Positions 28,739-36,797 of a stretch of DNA of 64,000 nt are shown piece by piece. Each line of letters begins with the position of its first letter. The first letter of the stretch is position 1. The DNA comes from a virus (Duplodnaviria > Heunggongvirae > Uroviricota > Caudoviricetes): the IMG/VR virus record IMGVR_UViG_3300035688_000604, one strand, 5' to 3'. The notes below the pieces were generated by a model that was given only the letters and a program-made list of their open reading frames with translations, made no database searches and was not told the DNA's origin. The position numbers and the translations under genes were made by a program.

Positions 28739-28939
28739 TTAATCACCATATTCTTTGGCAAACTCTTCTGCTTGTTTTTTGGTGGCAAATGTTTTTGACC
28801 ATATTATCTGACTCCCCGTATTCATAGTTGGGAATTTTACTCTTTGAACAACCCACCCCTTTCCAGACATTGGAAATACTTCTTTGGCATTATATACCTG
28901 TATAAAACTTCTTTTTTTGATTACTTTTTTATGAACCAT
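28739..28939 (-). CDS. MVHK-array small protein 6 (66 aa)
   Basis: Conserved junction GGTGATTAAAAATGGTTCAT. Confidence 0.55.
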   Translation of the reverse strand: MVHKKVIKKRSFIQVYNAKEVFPMSGKGWVVQRVKFPTMNTGSQIIWSKTFATKKQAEEFAKEYGD

Positions 28940-29040
28940 TAAGAATACACCCCTCTTTTATATCCACATTCCAAACATGGAGAAGTTAGGCATTTTTTAC
29001 CACAATATTCACATTTCTTATATTTTTGCTTATGAACCAA
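28939..29040 (-). CDS. MVHK-array small protein 7 (33 aa, TTG start, Zn-ribbon)
   Basis: Manual translation gives (M)VHKQKYKKCEYCGKKCLTSPCLECGYKRGVYS. TAATG coupling. Confidence 0.4.
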   Translation of the reverse strand: MVHKQKYKKCEYCGKKCLTSPCLECGYKRGVYS

Positions 29041-29044
29041 TCAA

Positions 29045-29293
29045 TCACCTTTTCATTCCCATAAATTTATGAACACCGTCCATCCACCACACATACCAAA
29101 CACTACCTTCAGTTTCAAGTTTTGGTTTTATGTATTTCCATTTTTCTTCAAATATTTTTTTAAGAAAATTTTGTGCTTTTCTGTCTCCTTTGAGTGCTTC
29201 TCCTGATATTAATGATAATGATTCAGACGCTTGTTCTTCTAACGGTGTTTCAAGTTGCCAAACATCCCCTAACACTTCTTGTTTATGAACCAT
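29045..29293 (-). CDS. MVHK-array small protein 8 (82 aa)
   Basis: ORF-track entry starting with MVHKQEV. Confidence 0.55.
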   Translation of the reverse strand: MVHKQEVLGDVWQLETPLEEQASESLSLISGEALKGDRKAQNFLKKIFEEKWKYIKPKLETEGSVWYVWWMDGVHKFMGMKR

Positions 29294-29394
29294 AATTAAT
29301 CCCTATAAACTGTTTTTCCTTCTCTCCAATAAAATCTTCTTGAATATTTACTATGAATACTTTGCATTTGTTCCAAAAATTTTTTTGCTTTTGT

Positions 29395-29445
29395 CACTGT
29401 TTCAAATTTTATTTTATTAACATCCTTTGACTTTTTGTGAACCAT
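29395..29445 (-). pseudogene. MVHK-array member 9, truncated after 16 codons (MVHKKSKDVNKIKFEQ*); an out-of-frame continuation runs to ~29298
   Basis: Conserved junction GGTGAAGTAATGGTTCACAAA but a stop after 16 codons. The continuing reading frame sits next to an A7 homopolymer. Confidence 0.4.
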
Positions 29446-29693
29446 TACTTCACCTTCTTTGCATAACCTTTAATGTCTTTGATGTAAACGTCTCCAAGTT
29501 CTCCTTGCGGTGTGAACGGTGATTTAACTTTGCAGAACCATCTTGCAAAAGGATTCTTTGTTTCGCCTTCTGGCTTCTGATATTTTCTGTAGACTTCCCA
29601 TTTCCAAGAACCATCTGGAGTCTCCCATACTTCAAGCGGAAGACCTTGCTTTAGTCTTTCTGATGTTGATAATTTTTTGATTTTGTGAACCAA
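29445..29693 (-). CDS. MVHK-array small protein 10 (82 aa, TTG start)
   Basis: gtgaaccaa junction (TTGGTTCACAAA). Confidence 0.5.
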   Translation of the reverse strand: MVHKIKKLSTSERLKQGLPLEVWETPDGSWKWEVYRKYQKPEGETKNPFARWFCKVKSPFTPQGELGDVYIKDIKGYAKKVK

Positions 29694-29894
29694 TCATCTC
29701 ACCTTTTCTTTTAATTTTAATGTCGATTTAATTAATTTCCATGAATATTCTGGAGAAAATCCCATATCATAAACTAAAACTTCATCTATTTCATCAATTG
29801 ATTTCCCTTTTTTATCCATTTTAAGTATTTCTTTTTTTATAATTTGTTCTTGAGATTTAGTTACATCTATTGTTTCTTTTCTTTTATGAACCAT
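29694..29894 (-). CDS. MVHK-array small protein 11 (66 aa)
   Basis: ORF-track entry starting with MVHKRKETIDV. Confidence 0.55.
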   Translation of the reverse strand: MVHKRKETIDVTKSQEQIIKKEILKMDKKGKSIDEIDEVLVYDMGFSPEYSWKLIKSTLKLKEKVR

Positions 29895-29901
29895 TTTTCA
29901 A

Positions 29902-30150
29902 TCACATCCTTTCAAATCCTTTTCTGATAAAATCACTCATGAAATTCAAAGCCTTCGATTTTGAAATATTTTCAGCGAGCACCTTTTCTTTTCCAGTATA
30001 AGTGTTCCTCAACACTACTTCCTTTTTTTGTATGCGATAAACAATAGCATTATTCACCTTATAATAAACACCTTCTGAAAATGCTATATAATTCGGTTCG
30101 GTATCCAAAACCCAATTTTTAGGAATCCTTAAATTAATTTTATGAACCAT
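29902..30150 (-). CDS. MVHK-array small protein 12 (82 aa)
   Basis: MVHK start at 30148-50. The longer track version is an artefact. Confidence 0.55.
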   Translation of the reverse strand: MVHKINLRIPKNWVLDTEPNYIAFSEGVYYKVNNAIVYRIQKKEVVLRNTYTGKEKVLAENISKSKALNFMSDFIRKGFERM

Positions 30151-30422
30151 TATAATGACCTCGCCCATTTTTCTATTTCAATTGGATGAAGATTAGATAA
30201 ATCATTCTTTTCTTCTTCCGTTAATAATTTATCATAATATTTATCAACATTTTTTCTCGTTATACCAAGTTTTTTTGCTTTCTTGAACATATCCTTTGCG
30301 AGTTTTTTATGTGATGAAATATCTTTCGGAGTATTTGCTACATTTTCAGCATAATCAGTATAATCTTCTCCTGTTTGCCAATATAAAATTCCTTTTTTTA
30401 GATTTTTAATTTTATGAACCAT
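30150..30422 (-). CDS. MVHK-array small protein 13 (90 aa)
   Basis: TAATG coupling on both sides. Confidence 0.55.
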   Translation of the reverse strand: MVHKIKNLKKGILYWQTGEDYTDYAENVANTPKDISSHKKLAKDMFKKAKKLGITRKNVDKYYDKLLTEEEKNDLSNLHPIEIEKWARSL

Positions 30423-30721
30423 TATAAATCCCTCTTGTTGTGATAACCAGCATCGACATAAATGAACCTTTTATGATTCAATTCATGATTGAACCTGTCT
30501 TCTTCTTTGACCAACCCAAGTTTCTTCAGTTCATCATATCCCGTCTGCTTCCAAGAATCCCCGTATCCATAAACCACTCCACTATAAGCAACCTGTTCGT
30601 TGGTATCGACATCTATCACAGTAGTCGAATGGTAAGTGTTTCCATTGACTTTATCGAACCATCTCTTGCCTATTATGATATACTTCTTGAGTTTTTTTGA
30701 TTTCAATATTTTATGAACCAT
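30422..30721 (-). CDS. MVHK-array small protein 14 (99 aa)
   Basis: ORF-track entry. Confidence 0.55.
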   Translation of the reverse strand: MVHKILKSKKLKKYIIIGKRWFDKVNGNTYHSTTVIDVDTNEQVAYSGVVYGYGDSWKQTGYDELKKLGLVKEEDRFNHELNHKRFIYVDAGYHNKRDL

Positions 30722-30723
30722 TT

Positions 30724-30876
30724 TTATTCATCTTCCAGTATATTTTCTATTGTTGCTTTTAATCCTTCATCAGTTTTATTGCCCCAAGTAGTTTTGTAAT
30801 AACCATCCTTTCCTTTATGCAATTGCAAAATTTCTTTCAATTTTTCAAATGTTTCTGTTTTTAATTTGTGAACCAT
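30724..30876 (-). CDS. MVHK-array small protein 15 (50 aa)
   Basis: Manual translation gives MVHKLKTETFEKLKEILQLHKGKDGYYKTTWGNKTDEGLKATIENILEDE. Confidence 0.45.
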   Translation of the reverse strand: MVHKLKTETFEKLKEILQLHKGKDGYYKTTWGNKTDEGLKATIENILEDE

Positions 30877-30879
30877 TAT

Positions 30880-31041
30880 TTACACCTTTTCATAAGTCAA
30901 TGCAAACTTATCAAATCCTATTATTTTTTCCGATATTAGATTATAGCCTTTGTTCTCTAACATAGATTTCATTTTTTCTGCTTTTTCAATACTTTTCAAA
31001 TTGCCAAAATCTACTTTGACTTTTCTTATTTTATGAACCAT
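30880..31041 (-). CDS. MVHK-array small protein 16 (53 aa)
   Basis: Manual translation gives MVHKIRKVKVDFGNLKSIEKAEKMKSMLENKGYNLISEKIIGFDKFALTYEKV. Confidence 0.45.
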   Translation of the reverse strand: MVHKIRKVKVDFGNLKSIEKAEKMKSMLENKGYNLISEKIIGFDKFALTYEKV

Positions 31042-31046
31042 TTATC

Positions 31047-31175
31047 TCACTTTATCCAATACTTATCAGTCTTCGGACTGTCAATACATTTTGCACATGG
31101 AATGTGATGACCCGCAGTTGGGCTAAATTTACCACATACGATGCATCTTAACATTCTTTGTTTTTTATGAACCAT
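31047..31175 (-). CDS. MVHK-array small protein 17 (42 aa, Zn-ribbon)
   Basis: Manual translation gives MVHKKQRMLRCIVCGKFSPTAGHHIPCAKCIDSPKTDKYWIK. Confidence 0.45.
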   Translation of the reverse strand: MVHKKQRMLRCIVCGKFSPTAGHHIPCAKCIDSPKTDKYWIK

Positions 31176-31177
31176 GA

Positions 31178-31432
31178 TTAATCAACCTCTAAAACAAACT
31201 CTTTTGTCATTATTCTCTTCAATTCAGGTTTTATTTTTTTCTTGTCCTTGACGAATGAAGATGCCATCATATCTCCTTTTTTTATTCCCCAGTCGAACCA
31301 ATAATCTTTCCCATCCTTGCGGACTGCAACAAAACCTCTTAATCCCCTGTATTCTGCACCGTCTTTAAAGGCTCTGAATAATTTCCACCCTTCTGGAAGT
31401 TCATTCTTTTTTAATTTCATTAAGTGAACCAT
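31178..31432 (-). CDS. MVHK-array small protein 18 (84 aa, MVHL)
   Basis: ORF-track entry. Confidence 0.55.
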   Translation of the reverse strand: MVHLMKLKKNELPEGWKLFRAFKDGAEYRGLRGFVAVRKDGKDYWFDWGIKKGDMMASSFVKDKKKIKPELKRIMTKEFVLEVD

Positions 31433-31716
31433 TACATCACCTTCTTATAATGCGGAAGATTTCTAATCCTGCTGTAATTGACAACTTTTGATTTAAATTC
31501 TGGCTCTTTATTGAATCTTTTCTGGAATGCATCGACAAAAGTTGTGGCATCCGCATCCTCTTCCAGATATGCAAATTTACCGTCTGGGGTTTGATAACTA
31601 TAACCAGTTATTTTATCTGCTATGCCAAGTTCCTTTAATTCTTCTATCGGGACTTTTATCCAACCGTGACTTGCATCTGAAGTGAACAAATATTTTCCTT
31701 TGATTTTATGAACCAT
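31432..31716 (-). CDS. MVHK-array small protein 19 (94 aa)
   Basis: ORF-track entry. Confidence 0.55.
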   Translation of the reverse strand: MVHKIKGKYLFTSDASHGWIKVPIEELKELGIADKITGYSYQTPDGKFAYLEEDADATTFVDAFQKRFNKEPEFKSKVVNYSRIRNLPHYKKVM

Positions 31717-31720
31717 TTAA

Positions 31721-31996
31721 TCACCATAATTCTTTTTTAAGTTTTTCATTTACTTCTTTTCTTGTTTTAGCGAAAACCCAACCAAATTTAGTCCTTCCGA
31801 CAAATCCTTTTGTTCTGTGCAATCCAAATTTTGTTGAAAATGTTTGCGGAAAAGGGAATCCGCCTTTTTTATAATCCCAATCTTTCACTTGCTTGTCATA
31901 TTGAATTAAAGCCAAACGATTGTATTCGCTAACTGGAATTATTTCTCCTATTGATACATTTTCGCTCATAACAGTTTGTTGTCGCTTATGAACCAT
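31721..31996 (-). CDS. MVHK-array small protein 20 (91 aa)
   Basis: ORF-track entry. Confidence 0.55.
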   Translation of the reverse strand: MVHKRQQTVMSENVSIGEIIPVSEYNRLALIQYDKQVKDWDYKKGGFPFPQTFSTKFGLHRTKGFVGRTKFGWVFAKTRKEVNEKLKKELW

Positions 31997-32002
31997 TATA
32001 AA

Positions 32003-32149
32003 TCAACCTCTAAATTTCTTTTTAGTCAAATCATACTCCTTTTCTGTTAAATAAGAATAACTTTGAAGAAATTCTTCTTTTGATAATTTTTTAAAATCCC
32101 TCATCTTTTCTTTATCGTCTAAAAAATCTGTATATTTTATTCTATGCAT
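32003..32149 (-). CDS. MVHK-array variant 20b (48 aa) starting MHR (ATGCATAGA; looks like a 3-nt deletion of the GTT codon)
   Basis: Manual translation gives MHRIKYTDFLDDKEKMRDFKKLSKEEFLQSYSYLTEKEYDLTKKKFRG. Confidence 0.4.
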   Translation of the reverse strand: MHRIKYTDFLDDKEKMRDFKKLSKEEFLQSYSYLTEKEYDLTKKKFRG

Positions 32150-32151
32150 AA

Positions 32152-32328
32152 TTATTTCCTCGCTCCTTTTATAGCACTTTCTAATTCATCCATCTCATCT
32201 GCGATGTATTGTTGTTTGACATAACTTCCAGTTGTATCTATTCCTGCTTCTTCGCAACTTTCGTAATTATCTTTTATTGCCTTTAGTAAATCTTTTGCTC
32301 TTGATTTTATCTCATTTTTGTGAACCAT
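32152..32328 (-). CDS. MVHK-array small protein 21 (58 aa, acidic)
   Basis: Manual translation gives MVHKNEIKSRAKDLLKAIKDNYESCEEAGIDTTGSYVKQQYIADEMDELESAIKGARK. Confidence 0.45.
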   Translation of the reverse strand: MVHKNEIKSRAKDLLKAIKDNYESCEEAGIDTTGSYVKQQYIADEMDELESAIKGARK

Positions 32329-32580
32329 TCATTTCACCCATTTTTTTCTCCATTCAGGTTTATGAAAATTGATAACATCCGTGACTATATCATAAGTTGC
32401 TCTGTCTTTTGGGTCTTGTAAATCTAAAATTCCTTCTCCTTCTTTTAAAATTTTGAATAATCTTTTGGATTCCTCTGCATATTCTCTATCACCAAATGGG
32501 TCTGTTTTGTCTTCTTTCTTGAATATCCTTTCCAACTTTTCAATCATTTCTTTTCTCGTAAATTTAGATTTATGAACCAT
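32329..32580 (-). CDS. MVHK-array small protein 22 (83 aa)
   Basis: ORF-track entry. TGAATG junction. Confidence 0.55.
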   Translation of the reverse strand: MVHKSKFTRKEMIEKLERIFKKEDKTDPFGDREYAEESKRLFKILKEGEGILDLQDPKDRATYDIVTDVINFHKPEWRKKWVK

Positions 32581-32731
32581 TTTATCACCAATTTATTTTA
32601 CCACCAAGATAATCAATAGTTTTTATTACCGTATCCTCATCTTTATCTGAAAGTTTATTATCATCATATAATTCTTGCAATCTATCAATCAATTCCCTTT
32701 TCTTAATATTCCAAACTCTTTTGTGAACCAT
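32581..32731 (-). pseudogene. MVHK-array member 23, frameshifted (MVHKRVWNIKKGN*, then a -1 frame ORF ...RLQELYDDNKLSDKDEDTVIKTIDYLGGKINW*)
   Basis: Its N-terminus resembles the upstream neighbour (MVHKRIWKGFK), suggesting a decayed partial duplicate. The frame shifts at AAGAAAGGG. Confidence 0.4.
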
Positions 32732-32736
32732 TTAAA

Positions 32737-33069
32737 TTACCTGTATTTTTTTAATAATTTTTTAAAACCCTTTACTTCACTTTTTTCTAAATATTTTTTT
32801 GAATATTTTTCTGGGGCTGAAGTGCCAAAAATATCTTCCTTTTCTTTTTTAGTAAAATTTTTTAACATTCTTTTTTCTATAGGGACTAATGGAATCTCCC
32901 TGTTTGGCAAATCTACCCAATCGGCAATGACTGTTTTCATCGCTTCTTTTGTTATTGGTTTATTTCCATAACCTTCAATACCCTCGTAAAAATCTGGGTC
33001 TATCATATTAAGATTTTCCCCATGTTGTATCTCGAATTTAAATCCTTTCCAAATTCTTTTATGAACCAT
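32737..33069 (-). CDS. MVHK-array small protein 24 (110 aa)
   Basis: MVHKRIWKGF at 33067-69. The track's N-terminal extension is an artefact. Confidence 0.55.
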   Translation of the reverse strand: MVHKRIWKGFKFEIQHGENLNMIDPDFYEGIEGYGNKPITKEAMKTVIADWVDLPNREIPLVPIEKRMLKNFTKKEKEDIFGTSAPEKYSKKYLEKSEVKGFKKLLKKYR

Positions 33070-33070
33070 A

Positions 33071-33187
33071 TTAATCATTCCTACCATATTGCGGTTTCCC
33101 ACAATCTCTACAAAATATCCCTCTCATGGTTTCCCATGATATTTTCTTGCTCCCACAAAATTTGCATTTCATTCTTTTGTGAACCAA
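33071..33187 (-). CDS. MVHK-array small protein 25 (38 aa, TTG start, Zn-ribbon)
   Basis: Manual translation gives (M)VHKRMKCKFCGSKKISWETMRGIFCRDCGKPQYGRND. Confidence 0.4.
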   Translation of the reverse strand: MVHKRMKCKFCGSKKISWETMRGIFCRDCGKPQYGRND

Positions 33188-33238
33188 ATCATCTCACCTA
33201 TATTCTAAATCCTATAGTTAGATTTTTAAACCTTACTT

Positions 33239-33541
33239 TTACTTCAAAATAACTTTCGGGAACTGCTTTCTGAACCCTGAAACACTCATCTCATAACCAT
33301 TGTAAGCAACCAACGGAGATTCCACTTTCGCTAATTTGGTATATGGATGCCCAACAAAAAGTGTCTTTTTCTTTTCTTTTGAAAACCTATTAGCCTCTTT
33401 CAACGTCTTGAAAACATAATAAAAATCGCTTTCTCCACTTGTAGGATGAGCCCACACTCTTATCTGCGGATGTTTGAGTTTCCCTCTTGTCTCTTGAATT
33501 ATATCAATCATTCCTTTGATTTTTTTAGTCTTATGAACCAT
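33239..33541 (-). CDS. MVHK-array small protein 26 (100 aa)
   Basis: ORF-track entry. A 51 bp AT-rich spacer (33188-33238) downstream may hold an internal promoter. Confidence 0.55.
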   Translation of the reverse strand: MVHKTKKIKGMIDIIQETRGKLKHPQIRVWAHPTSGESDFYYVFKTLKEANRFSKEKKKTLFVGHPYTKLAKVESPLVAYNGYEMSVSGFRKQFPKVILK

Positions 33542-33545
33542 TCAA

Positions 33546-33734
33546 TCATCTCGTTACCCAGACTTTCCATTCCTTTCCATATTTTTTAACTTCTACTTTC
33601 GGTTTTTTCTTGGAATAGATGTTGACCCATTCTTCCTTCTTTTTCGTCAATGGCGGAGACATTATATTTATTGTCAATTTATTCAGTTCAACTTCTGTCA
33701 TACTTTTATGTCTTTTAAAGACTTTGTGAACCAT
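33546..33734 (-). CDS. MVHK-array small protein 27 (62 aa), first gene of the minus-strand array
   Basis: ORF-track entry. GGTGAAAGTATGGTTCAC junction. Confidence 0.55.
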   Translation of the reverse strand: MVHKVFKRHKSMTEVELNKLTINIMSPPLTKKKEEWVNIYSKKKPKVEVKKYGKEWKVWVTR

Positions 33735-33817
33735 ACTTTCACCTACTTAATAATAGCACTATTAAATATTTAAATATTTCTAAAAAATTTAAATATTTAT
33801 ACATACATAGATTATAC
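33735..33817. promoter_or_regulatory. AT-rich bidirectional promoter region of the MVHK array (repeated AAATATTTA boxes)
   Basis: 83 bp between the divergent MVHK genes: ...attaaatatttaaatatttctaaaaaatttaaatatttatacatacat... Confidence 0.4.
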
Positions 33818-34018
33818 ATGGTTCACAAGATGCGATTGCCAAAAAAAGTCGTAATTTACCCAAGAGGATTTTATAAAGAAAGTGCTGAAGGTTTCATGGG
33901 GATATTTTTCCAAAGGAAGTCTTTGTTAGAATACCAGCATACAAAACTGACCCTGAATATGCTGAACGTGGTAGTGTTGCAACTCATGAAACAATGCATC
34001 AGGTTTGGAGAAAATTAA
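33818..34018 (+). CDS. MVHK-array small protein, plus strand (66 aa, MVHKMRLPKK)
   Basis: ATGGTTCACAAG start on the plus strand, divergent from the main array. Confidence 0.5.
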   Translation: MVHKMRLPKKVVIYPRGFYKESAEGFMGIFFQRKSLLEYQHTKLTLNMLNVVVLQLMKQCIRFGEN

Positions 34019-34236
34019 ACACTAAGGAAAAAGTCATGTTTATGAAGAAAATGGGGAAAGTTGAGAAATTACCTTCTGAGTTGAAAGGTTACAACCCAGT
34101 TTTGCAGGCTATGAAAAAAACAGCACCTAAAAAAGATATATTATCAATGAAAAAAATAGGCGTGAGCCCAGAAAAATTAGTAACTGCCACAGAGACTTTC
34201 CCAAGAATGGGAGCATATTGGGTTTGGGGGTATTAA
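33994..34236 (+). CDS. small basic protein (80 aa, MHQ...), overlaps the previous ORF by 25 nt
   Basis: ORF-track entry. The overlap could mark a frameshifted longer gene. Confidence 0.35.
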   Translation: MHQVWRKLNTKEKVMFMKKMGKVEKLPSELKGYNPVLQAMKKTAPKKDILSMKKIGVSPEKLVTATETFPRMGAYWVWGY

Positions 34237-34237
34237 A

Positions 34238-34456
34238 ATGCATAAAAGACGAGAAGATTTAGTCACACCAGAACAGTATCCAGAAGCATTCAAGTATTTT
34301 AAATATTTAATGAAAAAACATGGGATTAAGAGGTCGAGACTTCTTAAACGGGAAGGTGAAGTTGAAGAAAAAACAAGATATATACAAAAAATTCCTCAGA
34401 GAGAATTCAGGGAAGCGGTGATAACATTAAAAAATCATCATAAACCTGAATTTTAA
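34238..34456 (+). CDS. MVHK-array variant (72 aa) starting MHKR (ATGCATAAAAGA; looks like a GTT-deleted version of ATGGTTCATAAA)
   Basis: ORF-track entry. Confidence 0.45.
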   Translation: MHKRREDLVTPEQYPEAFKYFKYLMKKHGIKRSRLLKREGEVEEKTRYIQKIPQREFREAVITLKNHHKPEF

Positions 34457-34830
34457 TACTCGCCAACTATCATCTTGAACTTTTCCTCATCTACACCTTT
34501 CAGCATCTTGAATCCGTCACCCAGCATATTGAAATGTGAGTGTGTTGTAAGGTATAGAACCCAGTCCCCGCTTTCTTTCGGTGGGAATTCTTTTCTTTCT
34601 CCTTTGAAGACCTGAGCGAGTTTGGTGAGTTCGTATATATCAACTTTCTTCGAGAAGACGCAACCTATAAGGAAGATGTTTGGTTTTATGAAGAAGAAGT
34701 TTAATCCTGTTAAAGTATCAGAATCATACCTGCTATCAATCTCCCCCATGAAAACTTTGGCATCGCTGAAACTCTCAAATCCAAAGAGTATATCATAGGT
34801 ATCCATATCTGAATGGTAAAAGTCTTCCAT
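34453..34830 (-). CDS. hypothetical protein
   Basis: 125 aa ORF, convergent with the plus-strand MVHK genes. Confidence 0.4.
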   Translation of the reverse strand: MEDFYHSDMDTYDILFGFESFSDAKVFMGEIDSRYDSDTLTGLNFFFIKPNIFLIGCVFSKKVDIYELTKLAQVFKGERKEFPPKESGDWVLYLTTHSHFNMLGDGFKMLKGVDEEKFKMIVGEY

Positions 34831-34953
34831 GAAGGAAGTTTCAGACCTTAAAGATTTAAATTGGTATGTATATACTAAACAAACGAAAAGCCTTTATATT
34901 AGGATGTGTTACTATCGTTTAGTGACCCTATATATAATAGGGGGGAATAAGGC

Positions 34954-35883
34954 ATGCCAGAAATACTTGAATTACCCCTTGCAGGGGGTATAAAAAAGGA
35001 TTTTGAGCGTTTCTTTAGCACTACCAATTCTTCTCCTTCTGACTGGTCTTTTGAGGGAGTAGAGTTGCTCGGTTTCGGCAGTTGTATCGGTTCTTTCTAC
35101 AATAAACCGCTTTCTCCTACTTGCGAGATATGCGGTCATAAAATAAAGCAGAATTGTATCTTTACCAACAAAGACATGGAATACCATATTGGTGTTGTAT
35201 GTGCTTCTAACTTACTTGCTCTGAAAAAATACGGTAATATTGATAAGTTGAACTTCGTGAGAAAAGTCGCACTCGAAAAAAAGACGATTCTTGTGAGAAT
35301 CAGGGAATTCGAGGAACAGCGTAAAAAAATCGAAATCGAAGTGAAGTATAACGATGAGGTCAAATGGCTCAAAGATTTTCTGGATGCATGCAAAAACATT
35401 CCTGATTTATGGGGGAAATATCAAGGTCTTGTTATTGATTGTTGGAATCTATGCGAACCCTACGAGCAGGTCTTCAATAAAAATATTAAGTTCTTCCAAG
35501 ATTTGGAGAATTCAATAAATTATGGTAAATTATCAGACAGACAAGTAGCAGTCTTGAAAAAATGTATGCAGGAAAAGAACATAGAAGTGAGAGTCAAGGA
35601 AATCATGGATGAGACTGAGATGTTTCTGATAAGAGTAAGAGAAAGAGAAGATAGAGAAAAGAAGATGAGAGAAGCGATGGAGATGATTGACCATCTATCA
35701 GAAAAGGGTTACAGAGGCGGTCTCTGGTTTAAAATCAACATGTGGGAAGGTCACAGAACTTTCTTAACGTCTATTCGTAATCAGTTTTTTGAAAAACAAT
35801 TCCTGACTGACAAGCAGATTGAAGCAGTCAAGAAAGTTCATGATAAATATTGTAAAGAATGTAAGGAGCGTGATTTGGTATGA
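34954..35883 (+). CDS. hypothetical protein with N-terminal Cys cluster and coiled-coil; first gene of a translationally coupled plus-strand operon
   Basis: 309 aa. CEICGHKIKQNC motif. GGGGAATAAGGCATG Shine-Dalgarno upstream. Confidence 0.45.
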   Translation: MPEILELPLAGGIKKDFERFFSTTNSSPSDWSFEGVELLGFGSCIGSFYNKPLSPTCEICGHKIKQNCIFTNKDMEYHIGVVCASNLLALKKYGNIDKLNFVRKVALEKKTILVRIREFEEQRKKIEIEVKYNDEVKWLKDFLDACKNIPDLWGKYQGLVIDCWNLCEPYEQVFNKNIKFFQDLENSINYGKLSDRQVAVLKKCMQEKNIEVRVKEIMDETEMFLIRVREREDREKKMREAMEMIDHLSEKGYRGGLWFKINMWEGHRTFLTSIRNQFFEKQFLTDKQIEAVKKVHDKYCKECKERDLV

Positions 35884-36083
35884 AATGTGAGTATTGTGGA
35901 AAGGAAATAACAGCAGAGCAGAACTTTGGAAAGGGATTGACTGTTGTTTGCGAAAACTGCAAAGACAAATATCTGACATTTGAAGACCCCGCAGAAAAAA
36001 GATTTGAAGGAGCAGATAATGACGAGTTGTTCAGTAGAGAAGAAGATAGAGAGCCTGAAGAAGATGTTGGTAAGGAATATTGA
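35880..36083 (+). CDS. Zn-ribbon protein with acidic tail
   Basis: CEYCGKEITAEQ...CENCKDKY. ATGA start/stop overlap with the upstream gene. Confidence 0.4.
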   Translation: MKCEYCGKEITAEQNFGKGLTVVCENCKDKYLTFEDPAEKRFEGADNDELFSREEDREPEEDVGKEY

Positions 36084-36093
36084 GGTGTAAAAC

Positions 36094-36492
36094 ATGGGAG
36101 ATATATTCAAGGGTGCAAAAATTTCAATAGTTCCTTCATGTAGTGGAAGATGGGATGAGGCTATAAAATACGAAGGCGAAGAAATTCGTGCAGATGGAGA
36201 CCATGTTTCAACAGGTGTTTATGATATTTTTATAAAAAAAGATGGAGTTATTTTTGGGAAAATTGAGATGTGTGGAGACAGGATGGATTACTGGGCGAAT
36301 CATAATTATTATATTGCAATAAGGGGAAAGGATTTGAAGATTTTGGGTATGGCAAAGACAATCAATGGATGGATTGGATATAATATATTTACAACAGACA
36401 GGTTCATTGAAGATGGTCGTGTTCATCCATTCAACATTTTGGAATGGAGAAAGATGATGATAAAAAAGGTGATGAAAAAGGTGATAATATGA
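36094..36492 (+). CDS. hypothetical protein
   Basis: 132 aa ORF. Confidence 0.4.
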   Translation: MGDIFKGAKISIVPSCSGRWDEAIKYEGEEIRADGDHVSTGVYDIFIKKDGVIFGKIEMCGDRMDYWANHNYYIAIRGKDLKILGMAKTINGWIGYNIFTTDRFIEDGRVHPFNILEWRKMMIKKVMKKVII

Positions 36493-36797
36493 GTAATTGG
36501 ACTCCAGATGAATCTGACATAGAATGGACAAGAGATTTAGTCAATTCTCTAAAGATTGGTGGGTTTTGGGGGACTTCATTCGCCAAATTCAAAAAAGTTT
36601 CCGAGAGCAAGTTTACCATCGAACAAATAAACCCAGACCCAAACGTAAAAGCGGATGATAACATCGAAAAAGTTGAGAAGGTCTTCAAGATTCTTGGAAT
36701 CGAACTTGAAGGGAAATATGATGCTATATTTGCTTCGTTGATTCCAAACCATGAATTTTTTATCGGCATGAAAAAGAAAAAGGATGAGAAAAAATGA
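36489..36797 (+). CDS. hypothetical protein (start at MSNWTPDE with ATGA overlap)
   Basis: GGTGATAATATGA junction. The longer track ORF begins at 36444. Confidence 0.4.
   Translation: MSNWTPDESDIEWTRDLVNSLKIGGFWGTSFAKFKKVSESKFTIEQINPDPNVKADDNIEKVEKVFKILGIELEGKYDAIFASLIPNHEFFIGMKKKKDEKK

Noticed and set aside
27723-33102. N-terminally extended versions of MVHK genes in the ORF track (e.g. MENGKIRRCC...MVHK, MGEVIIMVHK, MGNRNMVGMINMVHK, MMVHK)
   Set aside because: The extensions read through the previous gene's 3' end in another frame and lack the conserved GGTGA/TAATG context. The conserved ATGGTTCAYAAA is the real start.
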